From: Cycas panzhihuaensis
Lineage: Eukaryota; Plantae; Cycadophyta
Length of the DNA stretch: 64,000 nucleotides
Direction of reading: 5' to 3'
Assembly (NCBI GenBank): GCA_023213395.1
Contig: CM041465.1
Coordinates: 106,895,741-106,959,740, forward strand
Positions 12,527 through 26,249 of this stretch are shown here, in pieces; position 1 is the stretch's first letter; every line of letters begins with the position of its first letter. A program made the position numbers and the translations under genes. The notes beneath the pieces are model-generated. The model was given only the letters and a program-made list of their open reading frames with translations. It did no database searches and was not told the DNA's origin.

Positions 12527-14511
12527 AGCCATAAATTTCAGAGATGTCTTCAACCATACCTTTGAAGAATAAATTATAGGGGCTTTTCTCTCTTAAATGG
12601 CTAAATTATAGGGGCTTTTCTCTCTAATATGGCCTAATCTTTGATGCCACAAGATAGTTTTATCAACAAGTGATGCTTGGGTCCTACCTACATTATTACT
12701 ACTTTCTATAATAGCCAAATTACAATTGCCAGTGTATATCGTGCTCACATAAAGCTTATATAGTGTTCTAAATTAGATCCTTCTTATTAACACCAATGCT
12801 CCTCAAACCATTATGTAATTATATTTATTGAAAATTACTTCTATTCCTGTATCACTTAATTAACTAACAAATAATAGACTCTTCTAAATGAGGGATATGA
12901 CGCACATCAAGAATATTATTAATCCTTCCATCCCCAAAATAAACCTTTACCCTTATACAACCTACAATTTTATATAAGTAATGATCTCTCAAGAATATTT
13001 CAATTCTATAAATACTTTGTATTTATAAAATCACTCCCTATGAAGAGTAATATGAAGCAAAGTAGTAGAGTCATTTAACTAAGACTCAATATTTGATAAC
13101 CTACCTGAGGTTATCAAATAAGTATCACCATCAACTTAATCAGGGGCTTTTACAACCATGGAAGAAATAACTTCAAGTGACTTTTCCTTGTTAACCTTAG
13201 CTTGACATTAGCATTTTAAATGGCCACATTTCCTACATCTCCATCATACTAAGGGTCCTCTGCTTAGAGATTTAAATTTCCCTCTAGATTTTGGTTATTT
13301 ATTCTTAGGCCTCTATTGGTTGTAATCTAGCATTTAACCTCTAATCACTAATGTTTCTTTTGAATGATCCTCAAAATCTTTTTGACTTATCTCTTATGAC
13401 AATAGGGTAGCAACAACATCATCAAATCTTAGGATGTTAATAATTGTGCTGTTAATTATCATTATAAGATTATCCTAGGAATTAGGAAGAAAACATAATA
13501 GGGTAATACACTTATCTTCCTTGGGCATTATTATCCTAACTGAAATAAGTTAGCTCATCATGGTATTAAATGTGATGATATGATTTGCAATCACATCTCA
13601 ATCACTCATCTTAAGTGAATACAACTTTTTTCAAAGAAATAACTTATTAACCAAGGGCTTAGTCTAATATAGAGCCCTAATTTATTCCATAAATCTTTAG
13701 TCGTAGACTTTATGGCAATGTTTAATAATATCATGTCTAAAATATATAACCTTATTAAATTAATTACTTTTTCATTAAACTTTTTTTAGTCTTTATCAAC
13801 CATATTTTTAGGCTTTATTTATGCTACAATAATCTATGGATTCTTCTTAATGAGGATATCTTCTATATTTAGCTTTCATAACTTAAAATTCTAGTCATTA
13901 AACTTTTTAATCCCCATCTTCGTAGTGCTTGCCATGATCTTTGCACTTAATCTCATTAAATAAGACTCCCACTAACCAAATGGCTTCCTACAAAACTAAA
14001 ACATTTAGCTCTAATACCAAATGAAGAGAAAATGCAATTGGGAAATTAATGTATTAATAGAACTCTAAACCATACAAAGAATAAATAACATAAATAAACT
14101 AAGTACAGAACAAAGAACACTAAGAGATTCTAGTCTAAGTGTAGAGCTTTTATTAATCTAAGAAATAGTTGAAGAATTACAAGAGATAAAACTCCCAACT
14201 CTCTTCTCATTAACTTATTAAAGACTCATCTAGCCTTCTTATATGTGCTATTACATACGAATATATAAATATAAATTTATAAGATATCGCCTTTTGATTT
14301 TACAATACAATGGGTATAAATCATGAGCCAGAAAAGACCCCCATAAGGCACCTAAAATTTTTTCTCTAGGGCTCTCACCTCTGAACCCCTACTTGGGGGG
14401 CTATTGGCATCCCAAACCCCCTAGTCAAGGACCCTGCAATAAGCCCTTGGACCCCACAAAGGGATTTGGGTATAACACCTATATCTATATAACATTTGTA
14501 AAGTGTTCAAC
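12527..14511 (-). mobile_element. Truncated Ty1/copia (Tnt1/Tork-like): 5' LTR 14022-14511, PBS 14008-14019, gag-protease-pre-integrase remnant
   Basis: GCTCTAATACCA is the reverse complement of a tRNA-iMet PBS. ATG 13935 reads MASTTKMGIKKFND*NFKL*KLNIEDIL. Zinc knuckle *WRCRKCGHLK near 13230, degenerate protease motif near 13070, WHQRLGHIREK near 12630. Confidence 0.85.
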
Positions 14512-17500
14512 ATATCCAATAGTAAGAACCCATAAATAAAAGAGCTAGTCAACCTGTAATAATTATCTCTTATTTAAAAATTATATTTGTATCCAACCCA
14601 CCACCTCCTTCATCCCTCACATCTTATCTAAATACCATTTTAGTCTTATAACTAGCTATTTTATATTTTATAAGACATACTTCCATATTTGTGCAAACTT
14701 CTTTTGGTTTCTTATGAAGTCCAACATCCTTATCTTTATGTTTGAGTATGTCACTTATTAAAAAAATAAGGTGGACACTAAAGCTCTGTTAGGTCTTATC
14801 TAGCCTTTATACATTCTCTAGGAAAATTAGTAAGACATAGTCATGGAAGTATTCATAGGTCTATTAATCTCTATTAGATTTGACCTAATCTCAATCATCA
14901 TCGATAAGCTAATTAAGTATACCCATTTCATTCTAATGCACACTTCATGTAAGGCATCTTAGCTTATAGATCTATACATCTAATCCATATTTCACTTACA
15001 TGGGTTTCCCTCTTTTATTATTTATGATCGAGATTCTAAATTCACTAGATCTTTTTGGTAAGAACTCTTTGGAGTATCAGGAGTCTTATTTAATATGAGT
15101 AAGGCCCACTATTTATAAAATGATCACCAATCAAAAGTATTAAATAAAATATTAGAAACTTATCTGCAATGTTTTGCTTCTAATCATCAAGCTAAGTGGA
15201 CTTAAGTGGATATCATTGATGAATATAGGTAAAACTCATCACATCATTTGACCATAGATATATTCCTATTTGGAATGGTTCTAAGCAATAATTTATGTAA
15301 ATATTTAGCAAGAGAGAGTACAAGAGAGATACAAATATACAACAAAAGACTCGATTTATTGCTTAAGAACTAATGATTATAGGAATGAATACTTATAAGT
15401 ATATTCAAAGGAAAATCAAGGTCATAATAAGGTATGATATCATAATAATATTTAGACATAACTTTACCTTTATAAACATCTAGCCTTAAATAGGAAAACG
15501 TAGTTTCTCCCCATGGAATCTTATTGGTAGGGCCATCAACCTTTAATTCTATTGATCTACCTATGTGACCCATACACACATTTTAATAGTTAACATTAAC
15601 CTTCATCTATCTTGGTCATATGTATAGATATCCATGTTTTTCTAACTATAAGCAATTATATAATAAGTCCTATCCCTTGAGATATTGAGTCTCTAAAGTA
15701 TTAAAGATGTGGATAATGTTTGACAAATTTAGTTAATTCCTACATTGACTCTTCTCGTTCATAGATAGCCCATTACATCAGATACTCAAAGATAATCTTA
15801 TTTTAGAGATGGTATTGCCAACTATTTAATATGTATTCTAGAGGAACTATGAGGAGTTATTCATCATTAAGAATTGAGAGAGTAGTTTAAGGGATAATGA
15901 TCTTTTTGAAGTACTTTTAAGATAGGAAACATGGAAGACATTATGGATTTTGGTATCACAGAGAAGTTCGTGGGAATAGGGAACTTCACCAAAGTATTGA
16001 ATAACCTTATAAGGACCATAATATTGAGAACTAAGCTTATGGTTTTTATTATTATAGAGGGATTTTTGCTTATAAGCCTGAGGGCAAACAAAGACTAAGT
16101 CACTCATAGAAAGTAATTGATCAGAATGGTGGTAATCAACTAACTACTTCATGTGATTTCAAGCAAAGGCTAGGTTTTATTTAAGAGTGTGGAGGACTTG
16201 ATCCATGTTTTATAATTTTTGTTGAACCATGGTAGTTCAAAGGTTAGTGGCCAATGTATAGGGAGATGGTGATAGGTATCTATAGAGGACCATAAAGCAG
16301 GGAATACCAATAGTGGAGTGGTGGGATGAATTATACCAATATTCCACTAAAGCTAACCAAGAGGTCCATTTATTTGTATGTTCTAGGGCAAAGCATAGTA
16401 AGTATATTTCTAAGGTTTTATTAAGAACTTTGGAGTAATTGTTTGTTTATTAACAATATGAGGAATGCATATTAAAGGAAGTTCCTAATGTATAGAAGAT
16501 TCGTTACCAAAATAAATTAGTGAATTGAGGGTCTCCATCAAATACTATTATAGATAGAAATCCATGAAGGTATAAGATAGATTAGTTGTACAAGTTAGCT
16601 AGGTAGGGAGCTTTCCAGGTTGTATGCACTAGTAGGAAATATGCATATTTAGTTAATCGATCAATGATTACATAAATAGAATTAAACCCAACAAATGATA
16701 AAATGCCAATAATGAAGTCTAGGGTTATGTCCTACCATTTTCCTTAAGGAATATGAAGTTGCTAGAGAAGTTCTAGTTGGGCCTTGGTGCCCACCTTGTT
16801 ACATTGGTAAGTATCACATTCTGATATAGAGGTGAGGAGAGATGACATTATATACACCTAATAAAAATATGATTGAATACAACAATAGGTTTTGTCAAAC
16901 CTCAAATGACCTCATAAGGGGCTAGCATGATATTTTGATAAGATATAAGGGGTGAAGGAGGATGTTGGATAAATATAGATACAATTTTGTTAGAGGAGAT
17001 GGTTATTATGTAGGTTCTAATCCTAACGGGCTTTGACTTTATTTGTCCAAAGGGAATAATTAGGTTGGGCTTGGTTATCATATGCCAATTCTTGTAACCA
17101 TGAGGGTGGGAGTATGGAGATGGCCTGGATTATGGATTTAGGTAGTAAGCGAGAGAGGGCATCTATAAAAATATTATCCTTTCCTTTTTTATAAGAAATT
17201 ATGAAATTAAATACTTGTAAGTAATCAACACACTTTGCTTGTTCTTCTAATGGAATAGGTTGGTCTAAGAGATGATAGAGGCTAAGATGGTCTATTAGAA
17301 TGGTAAATTTAGACCCAAGTAGATATTGATGACAGTTGTATATAGTGTGTAAAATAGACTTAATTTCTTTTTAATAGGTTAATATCTAACACGCATGATC
17401 TTTGAATTTTTGGCTTTTAAACATAATTAGATAGGAGTCCTACATGAGGATAACTCATAATTTAACTCCTGAAGTATCACATTCAAGTTGAAATATTTAA

Positions 17501-20500
17501 GAAAAGTTGGGAGTAGCAAGGACTAGAGTGGCCAATATAAGCATCTTTAGATGATTAAAGGCATCATTAGTACTTAGTAACCATTGAAAGGTGTCTTTAC
17601 AAAGCATATTAGTTAAGGGGGTTGTGATGGAAGTATAGTTTTTGACTAATTGGTGATAGAATCACATTAGCCTAAGAAAAATGCATAATTATATGAGATT
17701 TTTTGAGGTGGGATAAATTTTGATGACTAAAACTTTATCAAGATTGATGTGGATACCCTCTAAGAAAATGATATAGCCCAAGCATTATAGTTTAGTTTTC
17801 CCAAATTCACACTTAGATATTTTAGCATAAAATTGATTTTTAGTGAGCATCTAAAGAGTAATTTCTAAATGTTAGAGATGTAAAAACATATTAGGGTTAT
17901 ACATGAATATATCATTAAAGAAGATAATAATAAATTTTAAAAGGTATCAAGTAAATGTCTTATTCATTAAGGCTTGAAATATAGTTGAAGCATTACATAG
18001 GATAAATAGTGACCTAGAACTCAAAATGGCCATGATATATTTAGAAGGTTGTCTTATGTTTATCCTTAGGATCAATGAGAATTTGATAATATCTTGATTA
18101 TAGATATAATTTTGAGAAATTATTAGCCCTGTTAATTTCATCCAACATATCATCAATTAGTGGGGTTGAAATTTTATTTTTTATAGTAAGCTTATTAAGT
18201 TCATGATAATCAATACAAAGTTAAAAAGAGCCATCTATTTTCTATATGAGGATAATGGGGGTTAAGTAAAGGCTCTTTCTAGGTTGTATTACCCCATATG
18301 CATAAGTTCATTGGTAATATGTTTGATTTTATTTTTTTGAAAATATAAATTTCAATGAGGGTGTAAGTTAATAGGGTTGTGCAGGTTTCGGAGTTCAATG
18401 ATATGATGAAATTTATTATCTAGGAGGCATTGCTATAAAGAGGGAAAAAAACTGTGTAATATTTAGTGAGGATGTTTTGGTTATCTAAGTGAGTATTTAT
18501 TTGGTACAAAATGTTATTGAGACATACTATATATCTTGGACTATTGTTTAATTGCTTGCTTATTTATTTAGGCAAAATGAGCTCGTTATGAGGGTAATTG
18601 GAGACCATGTAGTTTGTGAGTTTTGCCAAATTGGTCTTTAAATAAAAAGAAAGGGTTATTGGGGTAATTGTTAGTGATATAAGTGCCCAAGTTTTGAAGC
18701 CATTAGACTCCAAGGATAGTATCAAATTCTCTTATGGATAGAGTATAGAAGTCCATAAATAAATGGTATGTACCAATGTGGATGTATAAGTTTTTTATAG
18801 TACCAACATAATGGAGTGTGTGATAGCCAAGCAAGGAATAGATGAAACTAGTTTTTAGTACTATGTATAAATTAAGTTATTTAGGTAATGAGATATCGAT
18901 GAAGTTTAACAATACATCACTATTGATCAAAATGGTGATAGGGGTCTTCCTTAAAGTGCCTTTACCTTAGAGTGCTTCCAAGCAAGAGGTAGAGGTAATA
19001 ATAGATAAGGATACTTTAGGTTTAGGGTGGGGGGGAGCTTCCAAAGGTTATTCTTCTTCAAGTTCATTGTAGGAGTTAGAATCTTCCTCAAAAGACATTA
19101 TAGGTCAATGTTGCACACCATGTGTTCTACTTTACAAATTCTATCATGACCTAGAGTATATTTCTTTGCATAAAGGTTGGTTAACTCTATTTTAAATAGC
19201 CTAAAACTCATTAGTATAAACTTCCATAGATGTTTCCTACTTTAGCCAAGTGGATTGATTAAAGAAGGATTGATTCTAAGTCTCCTCATATTGTTCAAAG
19301 AAACTCTTATAAAATTGATCCCATATATGATTGATTGGGTATTCACATTTCCACCACTAGAACCAATGATATGCCTTACCCTACATAAGGATGAATGCAA
19401 ACATTAATTGCTCAACTTAAGACATAGGATTGAGAGAAAAGTAAGAATCTAACTTGTAATTCTAACTATGGGTGGATTCTTTATTAAGGACTATATCAAA
19501 GATCAGTATGTTAAAATTGTGGTTAAATGATTATTAGCAGGTGGTGGGGGAGGAGGAATCTATTAACAAGGCAAAGGAGTATCACCATGTGAATTGGTAG
19601 TGGAGTTAGATGTGAAAGTAAAGTTGGACATTTGAGCATTCAAATTTGCTATTTCCTTCATCATCCTTGTAAAGTCTATTTAGGTGACAAAGTTTGCCAT
19701 ATCCATTATTATCTTAACCATGCCGCCTTTCTAGGTATCTTGTATACTAATGAGTTGGGTTTCCAATGTTAACATATGATCTACCTAAATGGGAGCTACC
19801 ATAGGGATAAATACATATTATTAAAGGAGAAAGGATTTTGATAAAGGATTAGAAAGACATAAGAAGATAAATGAATTGATGACAAGATAGAAAGAATGGG
19901 CCCTAAAGAATCAAGAAGCAATGTAGAGGGGAAGGGAGTGAGGTGGGGTGTATATAACTTGTTGGCCCAAAAATGTGTAGTAAATTTAATAAGTATAATA
20001 GAATAAACACAAAAAGCTCATCAAAATAAGGTAGGTGAGTTCTAAATGGAGAATTTGGGATGTGGGATCCATGGGGTACCTATATACTCTTAACCCAAAA
20101 AATTGATTAAAATTGACCTAGTGTAAAATGATCAGCATGACACATTAATCAAAATAAGATGGATAAATAGCTAAGGTTAATTTAGAATTATGGATATTTA
20201 TTTCTTTTTATTTTCAGAATTTTTACACTAAGTCTAATGGTGTAGGTTTTGTCTAAAACAAAGAAATATTTCTAAATGTGACCCTACAAAGGCTCTTTAT
20301 GTATTTTTTTCCCTTTCTTTTAGACAATGGACTTTGAACTAAATATTTAGATAGGTAGAAGACCAGAAGGTTTTGTTAAGAGAAGCCTATAAATTCTATA
20401 AATTCTTTGGTGTTATGACTTATGTTGTATTATAAGCAAATACCTTAGTGCTTAGTGTTCTACTATAAGTTAGTATTAAGCTATTAAGTTATTATGTTGT

Positions 20501-22767
20501 TAATGTAGTCTTACGTTGTTATATTACTAATGGTAGAGAATTTATTGAGGTAGATTTATATTTTCCTAGTAATTTTAGTGATATAGTCATATCATAGAAG
20601 TATAGCAATTTTGGTAATACAACAGTATTGAGGAAGCATAATAGTCTCAACAATTGTATGCACTTGGCATTCTACTAAACTTTAGCATAGGTTTACCTAG
20701 TATATGGGCCCTTTGATAAACATCTTTATTAGTGCTAATACTCAACCTAATATCTCAAGGTATTAACTATAAAAGAATATTTATTTCTATAGTCAGAAGA
20801 GTAGTGCAAAGGTGTTTGAAAATGGTAACTTTTTGATGTTAACCGCTAACTAGTGCACTATAGATAATACGCAGTTGATAATTTACCTATTGCTAGGTAA
20901 GGAAGGGGAACCTAAAAGGTTTCTATGATATACTTAAAGATATGTAGAGGCTCATTTTTATAAGTAGGTACTATTCAAGGCCTATGTAAGCAGTGTAATC
21001 TACTTTGCTTCATAAATGGGTGTATACCTACTTATGTTAGGCCAAGAATGATAGTTCCCTATGATGTTTATAAACCCCAAGACATTGTCTTTACCTAACC
21101 TCTAAGGAAAAGGAAGGAAGGGTTTGTTACTCACTTACAACTAATTTATAGGACTTACAAAATTATTATAGAATATAATTACAAAACAAAAAGCATAAAT
21201 AAATAGAGGGTCTGAAAGATTTCACCATGGGAGAAAAAGTTTTCACTTTTATGCTATACTTATTAATTTGCTTCTTCTTGACCATGCCTTGTTGCTTCAA
21301 ATAGATCCATAAACATAACGTTGGCACCACTTGCAATGGTTACAACCAATAATTTGTACTAATATTTAATAAGAGAGAGAAAAATATGAAGCAAAAGTCT
21401 CAATTTATTGCTTAAGCACAAATGATTACAAGAATGAACATTTACAAGTATACCAAAAGGAAAACTAAAGTTATATAAATGTATAATATTAAAATAATCT
21501 TAAGGCATAACATTTCCTTTATAAACATATAGCCTTAAGTAGGAAAAAGTGGCCACTTCTCATGGAATTCTATTTATAGGGCAATTAACCTTTAATTCTA
21601 TTGGTGGACCTATATTACCCATGCACACATTTTAATAATTGATATTAACCTTCACCTATCTTGGTCATATATATAAATATCTATGTTTTTCTAGTTATAA
21701 ATGGTTATATAACATTATTCATGGCTCTTTATGGGTACCCTCTAGTGTCCCACAACACTCTAGCCATTAATCTTAGAATTGCTTTTATCTAGTAAAAACT
21801 CTAAGAGATGGACTAAATCCTATACAATCTTAAACAAAACTTAATGAATGCCCAGAATTGTATAAAGCAACTTGCTGTCTACCCATGTTCTGATCGCTAT
21901 TTCTCCATTGATGACTTAGCATTCTTGTATCTCCAATGATATAAATATCAATCTCTCAAATGCCACAAAGGCCACAAGCTAAGCCTATGTTATTATGTTC
22001 CATGTGAATTTCTATAAAAGGATTGGTTAAGTTGTCTATGCACTTGAACACTCATTAAACATAAAGATCCATAATGTATTCCATGCCTCTTGCCTTAGAA
22101 AAAGCCTTGGAAAGAATATTACCCCCTAAACCACCCTTCCCATCCTCAATGATAAGCAACTACTCATAGTTCCCCCTGACTGTATCATTGCCAACCATCA
22201 ATACCATCTTTGAAACCAAACCATCTATAAGAAGTTTGTGTAATGGGTTGAATGTGATCTAGAGGAAGCAACATGAGAGTCTAATGATTTTGTTAAGTAG
22301 TACCCTCATCTTATAAGCTTCAAGGACTCAACATCTAAGAGGGGGCGACCTATTATATAATCACCTACCACTAGCGAAATTGGGTTGTTAATTCATGTGA
22401 CCAAGGTGCATGATGATTAGAGCTTCCTATAAACTTATGTACACGGGCTACTTATGTCCTCCAATAGGAATAAGGGTCGTTCTTCCTACCTATATAATTC
22501 TATGAGAAAGGGCCATTCTTGCCTATTTAAAGCCCAATATTTATATAGTAAGGTTATATTTAGAGTTTATTTGTAATGCTGTACTATTATATGAATTGGT
22601 GATCTTTTGGTATCCTTTTAAGTGTCCCTTTTGATAATTTTTGGTGAACAAATCAATAATAGAAATCTATTGGTTGCATATTTCATATCTTTCTTATTCT
22701 CTTTGTATCAAATTAGTGTAAATTACCCATGGAACCCTTCCAGATATGTGGTTTATCCTATATAATA
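14512..22767 (+). mobile_element. Outer Ty3/gypsy chromovirus remnant (integrase, chromodomain-like tail, PPT, 3' LTR 22351-22767), split by the 15271-21714 insertion
   Basis: Integrase motifs at 14790-15270 (LI*PLYI, IDKLIKYTHFI, HGFPSFIIYDRDSKF) resume at 21720 (MALYGYP; HNVFHASCL). PPT AAGAGGGGG at about 22338, then LTR start TATTATATAA. Confidence 0.8.
15271..21714 (-). mobile_element. Full-length decayed Ty3/gypsy chromovirus (gag-PR-RT-RH-IN-chromodomain) with both LTRs and TSD
   Basis: Direct repeats 15271-15665 and 21332-21714; TSD CTATT/TTATT. PBS-like TGGTGCCAAC after the 5' LTR and PPT-like AAGGGATAGGAC before the 3' LTR. RT IFFNDIF near 17915; GPY/F motif KLSSQYYGPYKVI...IHNVFHVSYLK (15847-16107); degenerate chromodomain EYLM*W. 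Confidence 0.9.
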
Positions 22768-22773
22768 ACTGTG

Positions 22774-23230
22774 TGGTATCAAAACACAAATATTAGTGGC
22801 ATCTCAAACTACCTAACTAACCAAACTTATGCTCTTTTCCACTTCCTTATTTCTACTATGACTCCACACCATGTCAATCATAATCTTCATGAGAAGGCTT
22901 ATTTCATCAAGTTTCATATATTCTAAAAATATTTCAAGACATCAAGCCTTTAACAAGGCTCTCTTAATGAGTTAATTATCCTACCAAATAGGGTACAATC
23001 ATATGACTCTCACATGTGGTCCTACCAATAAGAGTTATAACAATGCCACAAGCACAATAATTTCATTTTTACCTTAGATGTTATAAAGCCAATACATTAA
23101 GATATTATTTTTCTACAAATCATTTAACACAATAGCCCTTAGGTATTCTTAGCTCTTAAGTTATTACATAGCATAATTTCATTCAATACCCTCCCACACA
23201 TCGTACTCATGCATCCAAGGAAGGTTCTTA
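22774..23230 (+). mobile_element. PBS (TGGTATCAAAAC) followed by a highly degenerate gypsy gag/protease remnant
   Basis: tRNA-iMet-like PBS at 22774-22785; protease-like VIT*HNFIQ near 23160-23186. Confidence 0.4.
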
Positions 23231-26200
23231 TAGCAAAAAAAAGTGTCTAACCAGATAACCATACTCAAATAAAAAAGGAAATATATAAAAGATATTTATC
23301 TTTTGTTATCCCTTTCTATTATTTGTTGTTGTTATCATTATCATAACCATGCCCTTCACTCATTAATTATTTCTTTAGTTATCTTTATATAACTCCTACT
23401 TGATATTAATTTTCCTCATTTTTCTATATATTTTTACATTAACATTTAACTAATTTACTATAATATCTTTTTAAGGACTTACATGTCTCAACATTCAACA
23501 ACATCATTTAATAAGTCATCAATCACCTTGCAAGGTACTAGAAAACATTTAACTTAGCATTTTTTACTTAAGTTTTAGTATTTTATATGACTTTACTTCA
23601 AACATCAGTCACCATGAAGGGTGATAATATTAAACTCACTAATTTTGGCCTTTTATGCATAAGATGGCATTAAATTTTAACATTTTTTCTTTAAATATAT
23701 TTCTTACAAAAAATTAGTTTGACTTTAGAGTTGATTTTCTTATATAAATTAGAAATCAATGTGGACTTGTAACTACTCATTTCAAAGCCATTTGAATAGG
23801 GAGTTCAATGAATTGGGCAAATTTAAAAATTGCATCCATATATTAAGGTTATGAGATAAAATGTGCAATTAGGTATAAATTTTTTGATAAGAGTGGAAAA
23901 ATGGTATTTATCTCTTTTTACATTTGACCCCTAGTCCTCCATGCGATCCTCAACTAGTAGGTTAAAAGCTATATAAATTCTAAGATATTATTAATTTTGA
24001 TTTAATTTCTCAAAATATTAAGAAGGAAATATATACATTAAATCCTTAAAAACCATTTAGACTTTAGCACTGTCATTTTTATGATATGCTCACACAAAAT
24101 TCTACAGTTAATTTTGGACTTTTAATTTATGTGGGCATAGTGTTTAGACTTTTGTAGTGATTCTTAGTGTGTAATGAGGCTTTGAATGATTTGTAGCTCC
24201 TTCATTTCATCTTTACAACCACTTCAAATGGAATCTAAGCAATATATTTTGTGGCGATATCTCTTCATTTGTCATAGCTCCTAGAAATTTCTTAGACCTT
24301 ACCCTAACCACCACATGAGGCATATCACAAATATTAGCTTTCTAAGGGCATATTATTTTAGTCCTCTCTTGGTCCCTCTATGTTAATTATGGTCCAAATT
24401 TACTCTAAGTAATATTAATTCTAGGTTAGTAAAGGTTGTTCTAATACATTTATGCAACCTCATGGGAGATCTTTACCTCAGATGATAGAGTACTAATACC
24501 TTCCAAAGAAAATATTATGTCCTTATCTTTATGGTTTAGCATAATAATAGAATTGAGTGATAGTTTATCATCTTTATTTCCTTCACCCAAAAATAACAAC
24601 TTTGATTAAGGTGTTGTATCTTGAAACCATCAAATCCAGTAAGAGTCATGTCTATACAAAAGTTAGAACTTCACTTCTAGCTATTAATAATGCATAGATT
24701 ATAGATATATTCCTTAAGGAATCTCCCACCTTAAGTAAGGGATGTGAAATTGATTCTATAAAATTCCTTTAATTCCATGATTATTGGTAAATTAGATGCA
24801 ATGAAATAGTAGTGGAATCAATGTAACATATTTGAATTTTATCAATTAGAGGAGGCAAAAATTTTATACTACATTTAAACTCAATTTTCTTAATAAAAAA
24901 ATAATCACAAAGTTTAAAATTTCCATCCAATGGAGCAACTTTATTCTCTCATCAATTCAATCAAAAAATATCCCAATAATTAGAAGGAAAAAACAAACCA
25001 AAATAAAATGCAAGGACAAGGAGGCATCTCCTTATTTTGTTCTCTCTTTTATAATAAATAACATGGCCTATTTTTCATTTTGTGAGTTCTTAAAATAACT
25101 AGTCCTATAAGCTTATCTTTACATAAGTGGGCCTTTTTTCTTCTAGAATACTCCTTACAAGTATTGATCTGTAAGATCATTACATTTAATCTTCAACATT
25201 CATCATTAAAAACCCTTATTACCTGTTATATGCAATCTCCATTAACACTATAATAAAAATTTATAAAAGAAGAATTATAATATATGTATAATAAACTTAT
25301 AAAAAAGAAAAGAAAAAATCTATGATATTAAAGGCAACATTTCAAAAAATAAAAAAGAAATTAAGTGTATGCAATGCATTTAGGTCAATTTTCTCTCTCA
25401 CATGCTTATACTATTTATCATTATTATTATGAAAAGGGTCATGTTAAAAAGTATTACAATGAAAAGATACTTATTAATGCTAAATGTTAATATCTTAAAC
25501 TAAGTTACTTCAATAGCTTATATTTCATCTTTTTCAACTTATACTTCATGTTCTTCCTGAATTATAGATTCTAGTTGCTTATATGACATGATAGGAAATT
25601 AGAAAAAAATAATTATTTCAATCATAGACTTAGTTTGGGTAAAATGATTACTACAACAATGATGTTGAGTATCTTATTATAAGTGTAGGGAATATGTTAA
25701 ATTTTCTTAAATGACTTATATAAAAATATATGTTTGAGTATATAATCATAATTAATTAATTATATAATAAATATAATAAATAAATAAAGACAAATAAAAG
25801 GAGTAAATTATACAAACATAATATGTAACATTATGTTTAATATAAAAAATCTATAAATGAGAAAAACCACCTCCAAATATATACAAGATCTCATATTAAG
25901 AAAGAATAATTAATAATCCATATGGTAAGTTATCTTATCCTCACAATCAGAACTAGGTGATATAATTTTTCTTTAAATATGCATTGTCCTTATATAAATA
26001 TATTATTAGATTATGATCTAATCATATTTCACCATTATATCAATCTATTAGATTTTTTTTTTTTTGGAAAAAAATTAGAAGGGGTTTTGATAAGTCCCCG
26101 AACCTTCTACAACAACAGCCCACCAGCTATGGAAATGTCCATGACATGCCCATCACCTAGCATAACTCAACCCCTACTATCTCACTATGCCATGAGAAGC

Positions 26201-26249
26201 CAAATAACTAGCACTCCCTACTCTAGGCTAACACATCTAATCTAACCAA

